A program made the translations under genes and the position numbers. A stretch of 64,000 bases of DNA from Squalus acanthias (taxonomy: Eukaryota): the NCBI GenBank assembly GCA_030390025.1, contig CM059432.1:16432001-16496000 (forward strand), given 5' to 3'. The notes below the pieces were generated by a model that had not been told where the DNA came from, did not search any database, and saw only the letters and a program-made list of their open reading frames with translations. Of the stretch, positions 36,056-49,600 are shown piece by piece; position 1 is the first letter of the stretch; every line of letters begins with the position of its first letter.

Positions 36056-38580
36056 TGGGATGTAGGCGTCGCTGGCAAGGCCAGCATTTATTGCCCATCC
36101 CTAATTGCCCTTGAGAAGGTGGTGGTGAGCTGCCTTCTTGAACTGCTGCAGTCCATGTGGTGAAGGTACTCCCACAGTGCTGTTAGGTAGGGAGTTCCAG
36201 GATTTTGACCCAGCGACGATGAAGGATCGGTGATATACTTCTAAGTCAGGATGGTGCGTGACTTGGAGGGGAACTTGGAGGTGGTGGTGTTCCCATGCGC
36301 CTGCTGCCCATGTCCTTCTAGGTGGAAGAGGTCGTGGGCTTGAGAATTGCTGCTGAAGAAGCCTTGGCGAGTTGCTGCAGTGCATCTTGTAGATGGTACA
36401 CCAGTGGTGGAGGGGGTGAATGTTTAAGGTGGTGGATGAGGTGCGAATCAAGCGGGCTACTTTGTCCTGGATGGTGTCGAGCTTCTTGAATGTTGTTGGA
36501 GCTGCACTCATCCAGGCAAGTGGAGAGTATTCTATCACACTCGGCGGTAGGGATTGTAGATGCATTGGTAATAATTTTTCAAAACTCCCTGGATTCCGCT
36601 AAGGTCCCGGCAGACTGGAAAACTGCTAATGTAACACCCTTATTTAAAAAGGGCAGTAGACAGAAGGCTGGTAACTATAGACCGGTTAGCCTAACCATCT
36701 GTGGTAGGTAAAATTTTGGAGTCCATTATTAAGGAAACAGTAACAGGACATTTGGATAATCATAATTTAATAGGACAAAGTCAGCATGGTTTTACGAAGG
36801 GGAAGTCATGTTTGACAAATTTGCTGGAGTTCTTTGAGGAAGTAACATATAGAGTGGATAAAGGGGAACCAGTGGACGTAGTGTATTTAGACTTCCAAAA
36901 GGCATTTGACAAGGTGCCACACAAAAGATTATTGCTTAAGGTAAAAAATCACGGGATTGGGGGTACTATTCTGGCATGGATAGAGGATTGGCTATCTAAC
37001 AGAAAGCAAAGAGTTGGGATAAATGGTTCATTCTCAGACTGGCAATCAGTAACTAGTGGTGTTCCACAGGGGTCAGTGCTGGGTCCCCAACTCTTTACAA
37101 TCTATATTAACGATTTGGAGGAAGGGACCAAGTGTAACATATCAAAATTTGCAGATGATACAAAGATGGGAGTAGTGAGTGAGGAGGACATAAAAAACCT
37201 GCAAGGGGACATAGACAGGCTAAGTAAGTGGGCAGAGATTTGGCAGATGGAATACAACACTGGAAAGTGTGAGGTGATGCACTTTGGCAGGAAAAATCCT
37301 AGAGCAATTTATTATCTTAATGGCAAGAAACTGGAGAGTACTGAAGTGCAAAGGGATCTGGGGGTCCTGGTGCACGAAACTCAAAAGGTTAGTATGCAGG
37401 TGCAGCAAGTGATTAAGAAGGCAAATGGAATGTTGGCTTTCATTGCTAGGGGGATAGAATATAAAAATAGGGAGGTATTGCTTCAGTTGTACAAGGTATT
37501 GGTGAGACCGCACCTGGAATACTGCATACAGTTTTGGTGTCCTTACTTAAGGAAAGACATCCTTGCTCTCGAGGCAGTGCAAAAAAAGGTTCACTCGGTT
37601 AATCCTGGGGATGAGGGGGTGGTCATATGAGGAGAGGTTGGGTAGATTGGGACTCTACTCATTGGAGTTCAGAAGAATGAGAGGCGATCTTATTGAAACA
37701 TATAAGATTGTGAAGGGGTTGGATCGGGTGGATGCGGGGAGGATGTTCCCGATGACGGGTGAGACTAGAACTAGGGGACATAGTCTTAGAATAAGGGGCT
37801 GCTCTTTCAAAACTGAGATGAGGAGGAACTACTTCACTCAGAGGGTGGTAGGTCCATGGAATATGCTGCCACAAAAAGCTGTAGAAGCTACATCATTAAA
37901 TAAATTTAAAACAGAAATAGACAGTTTCCTAGAAGTAAAGGGCATTAAGGGTTACGGGGAGCGGGCAGGAATTTGGACATGAGTCTAGGTTCGGATCGGT
38001 CATGGCCCTGTGGGTAGTGGAGCGGGCCCAGGGACCGTGTAGCCTGATTCTGCTCCTATTTCGTGTGTGCAATTCTATTAGATGCAGGAGATGGTTCTGT
38101 GATAGATAGTAGATTGGCGGTTAGGATCAGATCAGCCATGATCTTATTGAATGGCGGAGCAGGCTCGAGGGGCCGATTGGCCTACTCCTGCTCCTATTTC
38201 TTATGTTCTTATGTTATGTACTCCTGACTTGTGCCTTGTAGATGGTGGAAAGGCTTTGGGGAGTCAGAAGGTGAGACACTCGCCGCAGAATACCCAACCT
38301 CTGACCTGCTCTTGTCGCCACAATATTTATGTGGCTGGTCCAGTTAAGTTTCTGGTCAATGGTGACCCCCCCCAGGATGTTGATGGTGGGGGATTCGGCC
38401 ATGGTAATGCCATTGAATGTCAAGGGGAGGTGGTTAGACTCTCGCTTGTTGGAGATAGTCATTGCCTGGCTCTTGTGTGGCGTGATTGTTACCTGCCACT
38501 TATCAGCCCAAACCTGAACGTCGTCCAGGTCTTGTTGCATGCAGTCATGAACTGCTTCATTATCTAAGGAGTTGTGAATG
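36056..38580 (-). mobile_element. Zenon/Crack-like LINE fragment split in two (36056-36541, 38219-38580) by a CR1 insertion
   Basis: The peptide TIYKAQVRS (right piece) joins VIEYSPLAWMSAAPT (left piece) when the CR1 is removed. Confidence 0.85.
36543..38218 (+). mobile_element. 5'-truncated CR1 LINE with an extended 3'UTR
   Basis: ORFs 36701-37630 and 37563-37982 (RT, frameshift at an A-run); tail ttcttatgttcttatgttatg. Confidence 0.92.
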
Positions 38581-39960
38581 GTACAGTGAGGAACTGTAAT
38601 TACATGCAGACCAGACAGGGTGGGGCTGGCAGGTTCTCTTCTTTGAACGCCATTGATTTTATTGGAGTCAGAGATCGTTAAAGGGGGCGAGGATGGAATT
38701 TAATTGAGGTTTTAAAAATTATGAAGGGTTTTGGGGAAGATAGGCACTGATTGTTTCCACTAATTGGTGAATCGGTAATCAAAGGCATACACACAGGCTT
38801 CAATAGGAGAAATGGGAAAGTTTGGAGTAATTTTTTTCCACAGTTATTAGAGCTTGGAATGCTTTATCATTGGTGGCTACTGAGGCAGACTATAGCATCA
38901 TTTAAAAAGGAATTGGATAAGTCTTTGAAAAGAAATGGCATAAAAGGATATAGAAAAGGGCAGGGAAATTGGATTACGGTAGATAGATCCATTTGAAGAG
39001 CTAGCAACAGCACAGGTATAATGGGCTGAATTTTCTTCTGTGCTATAATTTATATGATTCTACTTTTGTGATTTGAGTTGAAATACAGCATTGGATGAAC
39101 TATCTGTCTAATAGCTCCAAGAGTTCAAAGTGAAATGTGTCTGAGTATTCTCAATTTCACAGTACAAAAAATTACAGAGGCCAAATGTCAGGCATGTAAA
39201 CTACAAATATCAATGCTGATTCAGTAAAGATTCTTCTGCAAGTGGGGTTAAGACAGATTGTTGACGGCTGTGTAAAAGGAGATTTACCCTGCAGCTGGTA
39301 GTTGCTATGTATGACTGGAATGTGCTTGATACCATGTGCAAAAAGCAGGAAATGTTCTACTCTAAAATTTACACCTCATCTGTGTGAACATTTCTTTTTT
39401 TTTAAAAAAGAGAAAAGCTAGAAGTTTTACTAAAATGATCACATTCTTGAAATTAACAAATGAAACAAATTGTATGAAAATTGCTATAACACAAAAGACA
39501 TGCTCATTCTGAGTATTATTTATATATTAGTCATTTTCCTATAAAGTTGCACACAGGGAGTCAGGACCATGTGCAGTCTTCAACTGAAGCAAGGTTAGCG
39601 GGCTGGGGATATATATACTGTCCCCCCTAATTTAGTGTCATCATATATTTTGTCCTTATTTTTAATTTCCATTATAAACTCCACTGTCCACAATTATAAT
39701 GCTGCAATTAAAGCTTCCTTCTGGTGGTGGCACTGCAGTGTTTCCACTAGGGGGCATGTAGTTATAGCATAACAACGCAGGCTGTTTCCATTATAAATGT
39801 GGGCACAGGAATTTATAAAGAACAGGCTGACAAGAAGTGAGCGCAGATGCATTATGTACACCCATATACACACAAGATTGACTCATCAACTAGTGAAAGA
39901 GCTACTTTGTGAGCAGCGATCAATTTGATCAAACAAAGGCTAAAATATGTATTTGCTTAC

Positions 39961-40041
39961 CTCTCTATGGGTGCTTGCTGGGAGTGAAGGAATGGTTTCA
40001 TCCACTGTAGCCAATAACGTTCTTAATGCCAAACCAACCTC
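39961..40041 (-). CDS. PTK2: PTK2 coding exon (FAT domain)
   Basis: Acceptor ttctcag; EVGLALRTLLATVDETIPSLPASTHRE; donor GTAAGC; 81 nt, phase 0/0. Confidence 0.96.
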
Positions 40042-41190
40042 CTGAGAATACATTTACCAGAATCAAAGCACTGCTGACAATGTACTGATCAACTTGGTAC
40101 AGGACATGAACAGTAATACTCTCACTTCTTTATTCTTGTTCCAATTTAATAAAATTGAGTGCTGTTTGGCAGAACATGCTTCAATAAACACTTTATTCTT
40201 TATATAAACTTCACTGATTTGTGACACTCAAGCATTTTATTCAGCTAATCTCATATTAATTGCTCTTAGCCATGGTGAGCTAGGAAGAGACGACGCAAGA
40301 AGCCCTATATATTCCTGGTAGTAAGCTGATCTTATTTGGTTATTTTTCATTCCACTTTGGGAATGGCATTAAGGTTTGACAATATTTTAACACAAATTAT
40401 CTCATTACTCTGGGAAACGTTACGGAATTACCAAAGTCCTGTGGTTTATGGAAATGAAATAGACGCAATTCACATCAATAATTTCATAGATGAGTACAAA
40501 CCCCAAACTTTACTGAAGAGCACATTAATGTCTTGATCGATCCCAACATGCAGTTCAATATATAAAGTCTCACAAGCTTTGGGAGTTGGGTGGATTTTGA
40601 CGTGAAAAAGAAAACTAGGTTCCCTGCCAAACAAATCAAATCAGACACCCCTTATTTGGATTTCTTATCTTCATACAGCCATGAGGTTAGAAGGGCTGTA
40701 CCAGCAAAGGTCTGGGAACAGCACTTTAGGCAGGCAATTTGGAGATGGATAACAATGCATGGTAATTATCTACAACCCCATCAATTTTTGCTTTTAATTT
40801 TCTAACCCTCTTCAATATGATCTTACATCCTGCATCATTCCCCATCAGAGTGGCTTGGGCTATTTTTGCTTCTTGTTTTTAAAATGTCCGAGTATGTGAC
40901 ATTTTTCATTTCTTTCCGAGTGAGATTGTAATTTAGTGCTAATTAGGCGCAGTTTTGTGCTTGATTGGGCCTGCCCAACCCAATTTCCCACAGGACCCTC
41001 ACAGTCAACAAATACAGGCGATTTCCAACCCATAAATCTGTGTTTGATTTGATCCCAGAGGTGACAGGCCAGGGTCTAATCTTCTGTGTCCATCAAACAT
41101 GCTTGTTCGTACTTTTTCCAGAGACTTCGTGCTGATCAAGACCACAAGTGTAAAAGTATCCATAATACTAAATTTAAAAGCATTCCTCAC

Positions 41191-41346
41191 CTTCACCATT
41201 GGTATGTATTCCTCTGGAGGTGCTGGTTGGATTTTACTAGACATTTCTATCACTGCCTTCACCAATCCAGTTACATTTTCATACACTTTGTCATTGGAAC
41301 GGTCCAAGTTAGCTGTGGGTGGAGGGCTTATTTCTTGTGGCTGGAT
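41191..41346 (-). CDS. PTK2: PTK2 coding exon (S910 and Y925 equivalents, start of FAT domain)
   Basis: IQPQEISPPPTANLDRSNDKVYENVTGLVKAVIEMSSKIQPAPPEEYIPMVK; AG acceptor and GTGAGG donor; 156 nt. Confidence 0.97.
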
Positions 41347-41967
41347 CTAGATTACAAGAATCAAGTTGGTTAGCATCATACTATATTCCATTTCTTCAAA
41401 TTACAACAGGGATATCCCTGTTTGCCAGGTAAAAGAAATCTCTTTAGCTACATGATGGCACAGACACGATGGGTCGAATGGCCTCCTTCTGTGCCGTAAA
41501 TTTCTATGAAATTTCTATGAGTAACTGCAGAATATCATAGAATCATAGTATATACTTGACAAAAGAATTCCCAGCTGTTAACTGCATTTCATTTCTTAAC
41601 AATGCCACAATGGTTAGTCCCTTGTGTGAACATTTTCACACATCAAGGACATGTCAGTCAGCCTTAGTACTGAAGACACCAACTACAAAAACTGCCGTTC
41701 CCTCAAAACAGAATATATTGTAAATAATAGATAGCAACACAATTTCAAGGCTGTAATTTAACTATGGGGTTTAGTTCACTATTGCATTGCTCACATAGCC
41801 CAGGGCACCACCTCCTCTCAATGAGATTACTATTATCGTTCAAGAATCCATTATTCTCAAAATACCCACTGATTTGAAAAAGTGCACAAATGTCTTTCAA
41901 AGCATTTGGTAGCTAATGACTGCCAAATGATTCAAGAAAGCAAAGTTACACCAAATGTACTTAATAT

Positions 41968-42541
41968 TGGGCATTGGTGAGACCACACCTGGAGTACTGC
42001 GTACAGTTTTGGTCTCCTTATTTAAGGAAGGATATACTTGCATTAGAGGCAGTTCAGAGAAGGTTCACTAGGTTGATTCCTGAGTTGAAGGGGTTGTCTT
42101 ATGAGGAAAGGTTGGGCCTATACTCATTGGAGTTCAGAAGAATGAGAGGTGATCTTATTGAAACATACAAGATTCTGAGGGGGCTTGACAGAGTAGATGC
42201 ATGGAGGATGTTTCTCCTCGTGGGGGAATCTAGAACTAGGGGGCATAGTTTCAGGATAAGGGGTCGCCCATTTAAAACGGAGATGAGGAGGAATTTCTTC
42301 GCTCAGAGGGTCGTGAATCTTTGGAATTCTCTACCCCAGAGAGCTGTGGAGGCTGAGTCATTGAATATATTCAAGGCGGAAATAGACAGATTTTTGAAAA
42401 ACAGGGGAATCAAGGGTTATGGTGAGCGGGCAGGAAAGTGGAGTTGAGGCCAAGATCAGATCAGCCATGATCTTATTGAATGGCGGAGTAGGCTCGAGGG
42501 GCCAAATGGCCGACTCCTGCTCCTATTTCTTATGTTTTTAT
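41968..42541 (+). mobile_element. 5'-truncated CR1 3' fragment
   Basis: 157-aa ORF VRPHLEYCVQFWSP...GYGERAGKWS plus a CR1 3'UTR. Confidence 0.92.
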
Positions 42542-45500
42542 GACTCTCTGCTCGAAGATCTATTGTAAGTATCAGTCTTGTTACAGACATCAGTTGCCAT
42601 ATCTTTTTGGTACAATTGAAAACAATTACATTGTTGAATTGAAACAAAACATTACTTTTAACTCTTTCTCCCAAAACTGAACCAAAACTAGGAGGATGCA
42701 CTCTTTTTAAATAAATGGGAGTTCTTGCAATTTGTAGGAATAAATAAGCTTAATTAACTTTCTAACCCATCAATTTAAAAAGTCTGAATACTGGAACCTA
42801 AGAGATACTGAGCATTAAAAAAGTCTTGGGTAAGCCAACAAAAGGGATGACATTATGATCAACTGAAAAATAATGAATAACCCAGAAGAATATATTTTAG
42901 AAACATTTCACTAAAGCATTCATCCCTTGAGGACTACGGCTGTCTCTGCATCTGTCCCGCCCCACCCTTGCAAAATTATGCCAAAGTTAGAACTATTCAT
43001 AGCACAGAACTTAAACAACAGTACTCTTAAATAAAACTGTTTATGACATTCACCATTACATAAAGCCTCAAAAATTAGAGTTTAAAAAACTTTTGAGTAG
43101 GTAGATGAGATTTTCATCCAAGTAACAATGTAAAAACCTGATTTTTTTTAAATTAACCTTTTTTGTACATTTTTGTACTCATAAGTTATGTGAAGGATGT
43201 AAATGCTGGAAAGTTGAATACTCTTTTAGTTTTGGCACCAAGTGCCAGGAACAACCATTCCTGAATTAAGGGCAGCTGAGTCAGATGGAGAGGAAAGATC
43301 CCTCTACTCTGTGCCAGCAGTGTGCTGTAACTCCAATCTCCAAGCAGTTACCAGACCAATTTTGTCATTTCCCACGCAGCTATTCTTACTGCCGCACTGA
43401 GTAAAACCTTAAGTTTAGTACCAATGAAGTGCTAAAAATATGGACATTATTATGCTGAATTTGCAAGAAAATGGACTGCTAAATCTAATTTCATATAGGA
43501 CCCTTACAACCTTGACACCATCTTCTTCTCTGCATGTTTGGGCTGGATTTAAACAGAAGTTGGAAAGGTGAAAATTCTGTGTGCTGATTCACTGTTCCAC
43601 CCAGTTCCTCACTGGCTGATAATTTGTATGATGATCTATACTAGAACAATACATCTTTATTTGAGACACGCAGAACTCTGTGGAAGGCAGAGAAGTCTGT
43701 TTGACAACTTAGAAGTTTAATATGCAGAAACACACAAAATCGGACAAGAGAAGAGAAAGATTCATCACTCCCATTAGTTAATGTAATATTCATGTAAGTG
43801 ACGAGACAAAATGGTGAGAAAGGTTAAACAAAAACAAAACATAACTACACACTAAACTGAATAAAACAAAGAAACTTCTGTCCCTCCATAACCTTGGAGA
43901 AAAATCAAGGGCCATATGCTTATGTGCAGCAAACGGTTTTAAGTCTTCAAATGATCAATTAACTATGACATGACTCTTCCGAATGAACTGGTTAAGTAAA
44001 AGTGGAACAATTTAATCAATCGCACATAACTTAGCAAATGTTCAAATCAAGCATCCTGAGCTCTGCAGTGGAACAATAAAAACCCTCGCAAAACATCTAC
44101 CAAGCCCATGCGTTCACTCGGGAGCCTTACATGTACATTGAGTAGGCTACGTACAGAATCTCATTCTAATAACAGATTCTACCAGCAATTCGTCAAAACA
44201 AGGCCACAGGAACATTGATAAAAGTTCTAATTGATTCAAAATCAATTTAAAACATGTTAGTAAAAGGGTGATTACAACAACACTCAAGCAATTAAGTTGA
44301 ATATGTGTTGTTAGATACACAAACAGTTATTGTTTAATTGTAACATCTGAAGGTGACTAGAAAAGGGAGCACCCATTTTCTGCAAAAAAGAGGCACAAAT
44401 TGATCGCTAACTTTTCATTAAAAGCTCAATTTCCTTGTTTATTTCACTTGTAAAAGGATACATTTGTACATCATTTGGTAAAGCAATATTCTGCAAGCTA
44501 GTATGGACTGTAGAATCTCATGACTATTTTGGAATTGAGAGTTATTTTGTACAGCACAGACATGTTTGTACCATGGCAACAGATTGCTACCGCACTTTCC
44601 CTTTAGGTTCAAAAATTAAATGATACTGAGAGAGGTTTTGTGGCAATTATTGAAAAAGTTGCATAAACACCAATGCCTGAAAGGCTGTGTGTTTAAAACA
44701 ACATGAAATTGTTTTGCCTTTTTTAGTATTTATAATTAAAAAAAAAATGTGCAGTTGTGCTGAGATCACTTGCGCTTGATGACTGTTGATGTGCTGAAAA
44801 TTTAAAGCTTTGTACAAAGTTCCCCCCATACCAATTTAAGAAAAAATGTGTCTGGGAGGAGGTCACGAATAACTTTGGGTTAAATTTAATGAAACGTTAA
44901 CGAGATTGCACTGTCAGTGTTCATCACTCACTTCATGAGTTACAAGAAGTCACTGAAATGACAATATAATATTCATCCACAGAAAGAACACAGCCACTGC
45001 CAGAAACTTGATCATTCCTAGCAGGTCTGTTTTTAAACCCACAGCATGAAGAAAGGAAAGTACTAGTCAAGTTAGGTGAAAATCCCAAATTTATTTATTT
45101 TTTGGTCAATTTACTTTGTTTAGGTCTCTCTCTTCCCCCAGTCCATTGTGGTACACACAAAGCCTGAACAAAACAGCCAAGCAGACAAGGGAATGCTCCT
45201 TGGCCTCTGTCTGTTTCACTCTTGAAGCAGCTCAAGTTGACCAGTCAACTAATTTTTCTACTTCAGTGGAAACACCTAGTAATCCCAAATGGTATGGAGT
45301 TCGAAAAATGTCAGAATGCCGGGCTGCACCAAAGCAAAATATTGGGGCGTTCCTAAAATTAAATTTTTTATTTTGTGGAGGTGATAGACTACTACTTATA
45401 GACAGGGAAACAAGGACCAATGATAAGTTCTGAACATGCCTACTTTGAAAGGTAATCCAGTATCTGACGAGAAAAGGGCACATGCAAAGTTTAGTCAAAA

Positions 45501-46679
45501 GGCAATATTATAATCACGAGAACATTTTGTAACTTGTGCTTGGCTGGTTTTCTATTTGAAGTGGGAAATATGGAACGAGAAAGTTGAATACATAGTGATT
45601 ATTAATTCACAATAGAATTGCTTTGCAAATTAAGTAAAGCCAAATAATCTTGTCCTTGCTGATCACTAATGTATTCTTTGTCTCTCTATCATTGTTCCAT
45701 TTTTTGTCCATGGTTAATCATCCAAGCTAGGAGAAGTGTAAAGCTCATGCGACCAACACTATGGCTGCTGTGTAGATCAAACTGTAATAGCCCAATCCTA
45801 ACAAGGATGCAAGTTTCTCTATCCGCACTGGACACTGGGAAAAAACTCATAGGAGGACTGATTATAGTATTACACCCTGCTGCGGTGGAAATGCAAAATC
45901 AAGAGGTACAAGGCAACTGCCAATGCACAGAGCACGAGCACTACTGAAGTAAAGTTCTCACTTAGATTGTGTCCAGTAGTAATCACCAATTTCTCTAACT
46001 TCATTTCAGAATCTTAGCCATGAAATCACAATCCTAATTAGAAGTTGTCAAATTAATATAATTTGGTTACTGTGTGGCCATTAATTGCCGATATCTTGAA
46101 TTCTAATACGGCTGTTTGAATTTCAAAAGTGGCATATGAATTCTTAAATGGGCCATATTAAGCCATATTGTAACAATTTATAATTAAAAAGGTTTACTGT
46201 AGTCCACAGTACACAATTAACTGAACTAAGTAGATGTTTCTCACCTAGTGTTCAACCATCTGGAATGCACTGCCTGAAAGGGTGGTGGGAGCAGATTCAA
46301 TAGTAACTTTCAAAAGGGAACTGGATATATACTTGAAATGGTGCAATTTGCAGGGCTATGGGGAAAGAGCAGGGGAGTGGGACTAACTGGATAGTTCTTT
46401 CAAAGAGTCAAAGTAGGCACGATGGACCGAACGGCCTCCTTCTGTGCTGTATGATTTTATGAAATGCTTTTTTTTTTTAAAAACCCTTATTTATTCAAGC
46501 ATAAAATCTGCTAGAAAGAGCACGACTGTTACAATAAATCTATTTAAATGTTTAACTGTTTTAAAAGAAATATGTTGGAATTATACAGCCCTTTTCATGT
46601 CACCTTGAAGGAACAGAGACGATAATTACAAGTTAGACAAAAATTAAAAAGAAAAAATATGCACATATTATTTGCTTAC

Positions 46680-46688
46680 CCTCCATGG
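46680..46688 (-). CDS. PTK2: PTK2 alternative 9-nt microexon encoding Pro-Trp-Arg (FAK+ insert)
   Basis: Minus strand reads ...ttcaccacTAG|CCA TGG AGG|GTAAGC; phase 0/0; lies between the exons ending NEGVK and starting IQPQ, where mammalian FAK+ has PWR. Confidence 0.93.
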
Positions 46689-49600
46689 CTAGTGGTGAAC
46701 ACAATGTGAAGGAAGGTTAAAGAAATTTACCAAAAGGGGAAAAAAAGGAAAACAATTATTAAAAATGCAGCAAGCAAACCAATAATGCAATGTGCAGTTA
46801 ACAAAATGATGTTAAAAGCTGTGAAGAAAATGCATTCTAAAAATATCATGCATCATCAAACTTGTTAGAGCGCAATTTAAAAGCTGTGCACACAATTTCA
46901 TTTTCAAAAGTTATTTTTGTTGAATGAAAAGCATTCTTTAAAATCATGCAAATTAAATCACTGGAACATAGCAAACAAATAATAAAGTCACTTGGTTAAA
47001 TTTAAATAGTTCTACTGCACAGAAAAGAAACATTAAAGCAGGGAAAGTGGACAAATGTTTGACTTTCCAATGAAAGCGATAAAAAATTATAACAGCTAGT
47101 AATGCAACCCAAAGGATAAAAACTCAAATAAGGTACAATGAGAAACTGTGATAACAGATTTGTGTATTGTACAATAGAACAAGATTACCGTTATACAACT
47201 GCATGTCTAAATTGACACCATAAATCATTTCCCATTCTTCGTTTTGCATCTACTAGTAGAGGTGTGATATAGGAAAATGCTACTTCTAAGTAACAGTGGA
47301 AAGGCCTTTAAAGGACAGATGGGTTAACATGCTTCCCAACATTATGAGTTTAGTAAGTATTATTCTATATTCCACTTGCCCAAGATTGAATAAATGATTG
47401 ATTTAAACCTGTATTTATGCAATTGTTTTTTTAAATGCAACAGTCATGACTCTTGGTGATTCAGAATCGTAATGCTTCAATGCCAGCAAGAATTTTGCCT
47501 TTTTTCAGGGAGATGTGCGGCTTTAAACCATGGAAGGCCTGCACAGTAACCTGGAGGAGTGGATCGCCACCTGTTGTCAAACTCACTAGACTTTCCTCCC
47601 ATTGATTTCAAAGTTGAAAATCATGCCCTATTATGCTCTATGTTAAACTATTTCTGAAAATATTTAATCTGAACAATATTCTCATTTTCTGTATGAAACT
47701 CCCTCCAAATTTAACCTTTTAATTTATTTTCTAACCTGTTCATACATAAATGCCAATTAGAATTCATTAATTCTTGTCTAATGCCACCTATTTCCATTCA
47801 CTAAATAGCATCTCTGTGATCTTTGCACACTTCCTTCACTGAACTTAAAAAAAAAAAAGTATACCCTTCTACTTCTACCCTGCTTCACTTGTATAGATAA
47901 GACTACTTACTGCCAGGATATTTATATCGTGTTTCTAGTTTAGGCTTTTCTCACGAACAAAATAAGCATCGCTTTGCAGACATTTGGTCATGATTTAAAG
48001 ACAGATTAAGAGTGAAATGGAGACTCACTCTGTGATATGCACATAGTTTAGCCTTAAAAGAAAAACGTTATCATAACAGTTAACCTCATCCTAACTCAAT
48101 GCTTGCAGGTCAACATAGAGGGATATATTACAGAGTTGTACAACATTAAAGGGGTTTACATGCCTAACTATAAGATGCATCACTGCCTGAGAGTGCACCC
48201 TTAATGAGTCATTCTGTATCATATAAAATTACATACCATATTTCTATATAATATAGAATAACTCATAAGAGTGTACTCTCCGGCAGGGACAAATGAAAAT
48301 TTGGAATGGCACTGAGAAGTTATCTGCCAGAAAGTATCTGTGATTGCAGCACATGGCTTAAACTGCAGTAATATTTAATTGTGCACCTGAAACTGCAGTG
48401 CCCACTTAGCTTTATAGGTAAGCAGACTGTATATAAAATAGGCCAACACCAAAGTCCAAGGAAGAACTGTTATTTTTGTCAATTCTCCTTCCTAATACAT
48501 TCATCATTACAAGTCATTAAATTCCCTACTTTTTCATTCAATAATAGTGTAGTGTTTGCTTCTTTAACAACAATTCTGATCTTCAAGTCAGAGGTTTTAG
48601 AATTTTAGAAAATGTGCAACAGTACATGGGTGGATTTACTGTGGCATGGTAATATAAAAAGTGCAAAAAATGAACATGTTCTGAGGAGGATAGCGCTAGA
48701 AGATATGGGACCTATAACCAGCGCCACTACTTTAGAGGTGAGCAATAATTACACAATCCTAAGTTGTCCATTTTCCTTATTCTTTTGCAAGTTATGGTTT
48801 ATCATGCAGAATATAGGCATATATCACTATCAGATAGGTTTTTTTATCAAAATGGAGAACAAAAATGCATGATATTAAAGGGGTTGAGGGGGAAAATTCC
48901 ATAGAATTTCTTTGCTCAGCTAGCCTTCCTACCAGTGCAATGCAGAAGTGAAAGTCAGTTTGGTTTCTGAAACATTTGCTCAGAGAATCTCACTTTCAGG
49001 CACAATAATTAACTGAATAATTTTTATATCATTGTATTTTTGTTTCACTGATACAAAAAGAAAAAATACAAAGGAGCATAAGATTGTCCTTTTTGACGAG
49101 GTTAATACTGTCTTTCATCAAATTTCTGTACAAAAGACTTGTCATAACTGAATGTTATCACTGGTTGACAGGTTAATTGTTAACAGACTGATTGCAAAGT
49201 ATTTTACTGTAATTATGTAGCTATTTTAATTACTAAAAAACCCAAAATTGGAACACAAAATGAAGGATCACTAGTACAATAAAATGATTGAAAGTGTTTT
49301 TAGCAGTATTTACAAGAGGAAAAGGAAAACTTGAAGCTTGGCAACTATAAGCAGCATAACAGGAAAAAATTACGAAATCCTTTACATTAGCAGTGCAGTA
49401 AGCTCAAGCATATTGGACGAGGATCAAGTTAAACAAGAATTGTCTGGTGCCAACGCATGAAGCTGTAACTAATTATAAAACTGAAGATAGGTTCAGTGTG
49501 GAAGAGACAGAAGGAAAGGGGAAAATAAAACTAACACTATTTACTAATTCTCCTTCAGGAGAAGGATTTTCAGAATGCTTTTCTTCTTTTTTGTAATTAA

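Noticed and set aside
43505..43530. Minus-strand EDGVK-like codons followed by GT, resembling a duplicate of the NEGVK exon end
   Set aside because: No polypyrimidine tract, and it is adjacent to a tRNA-derived SINE head; probably chance.
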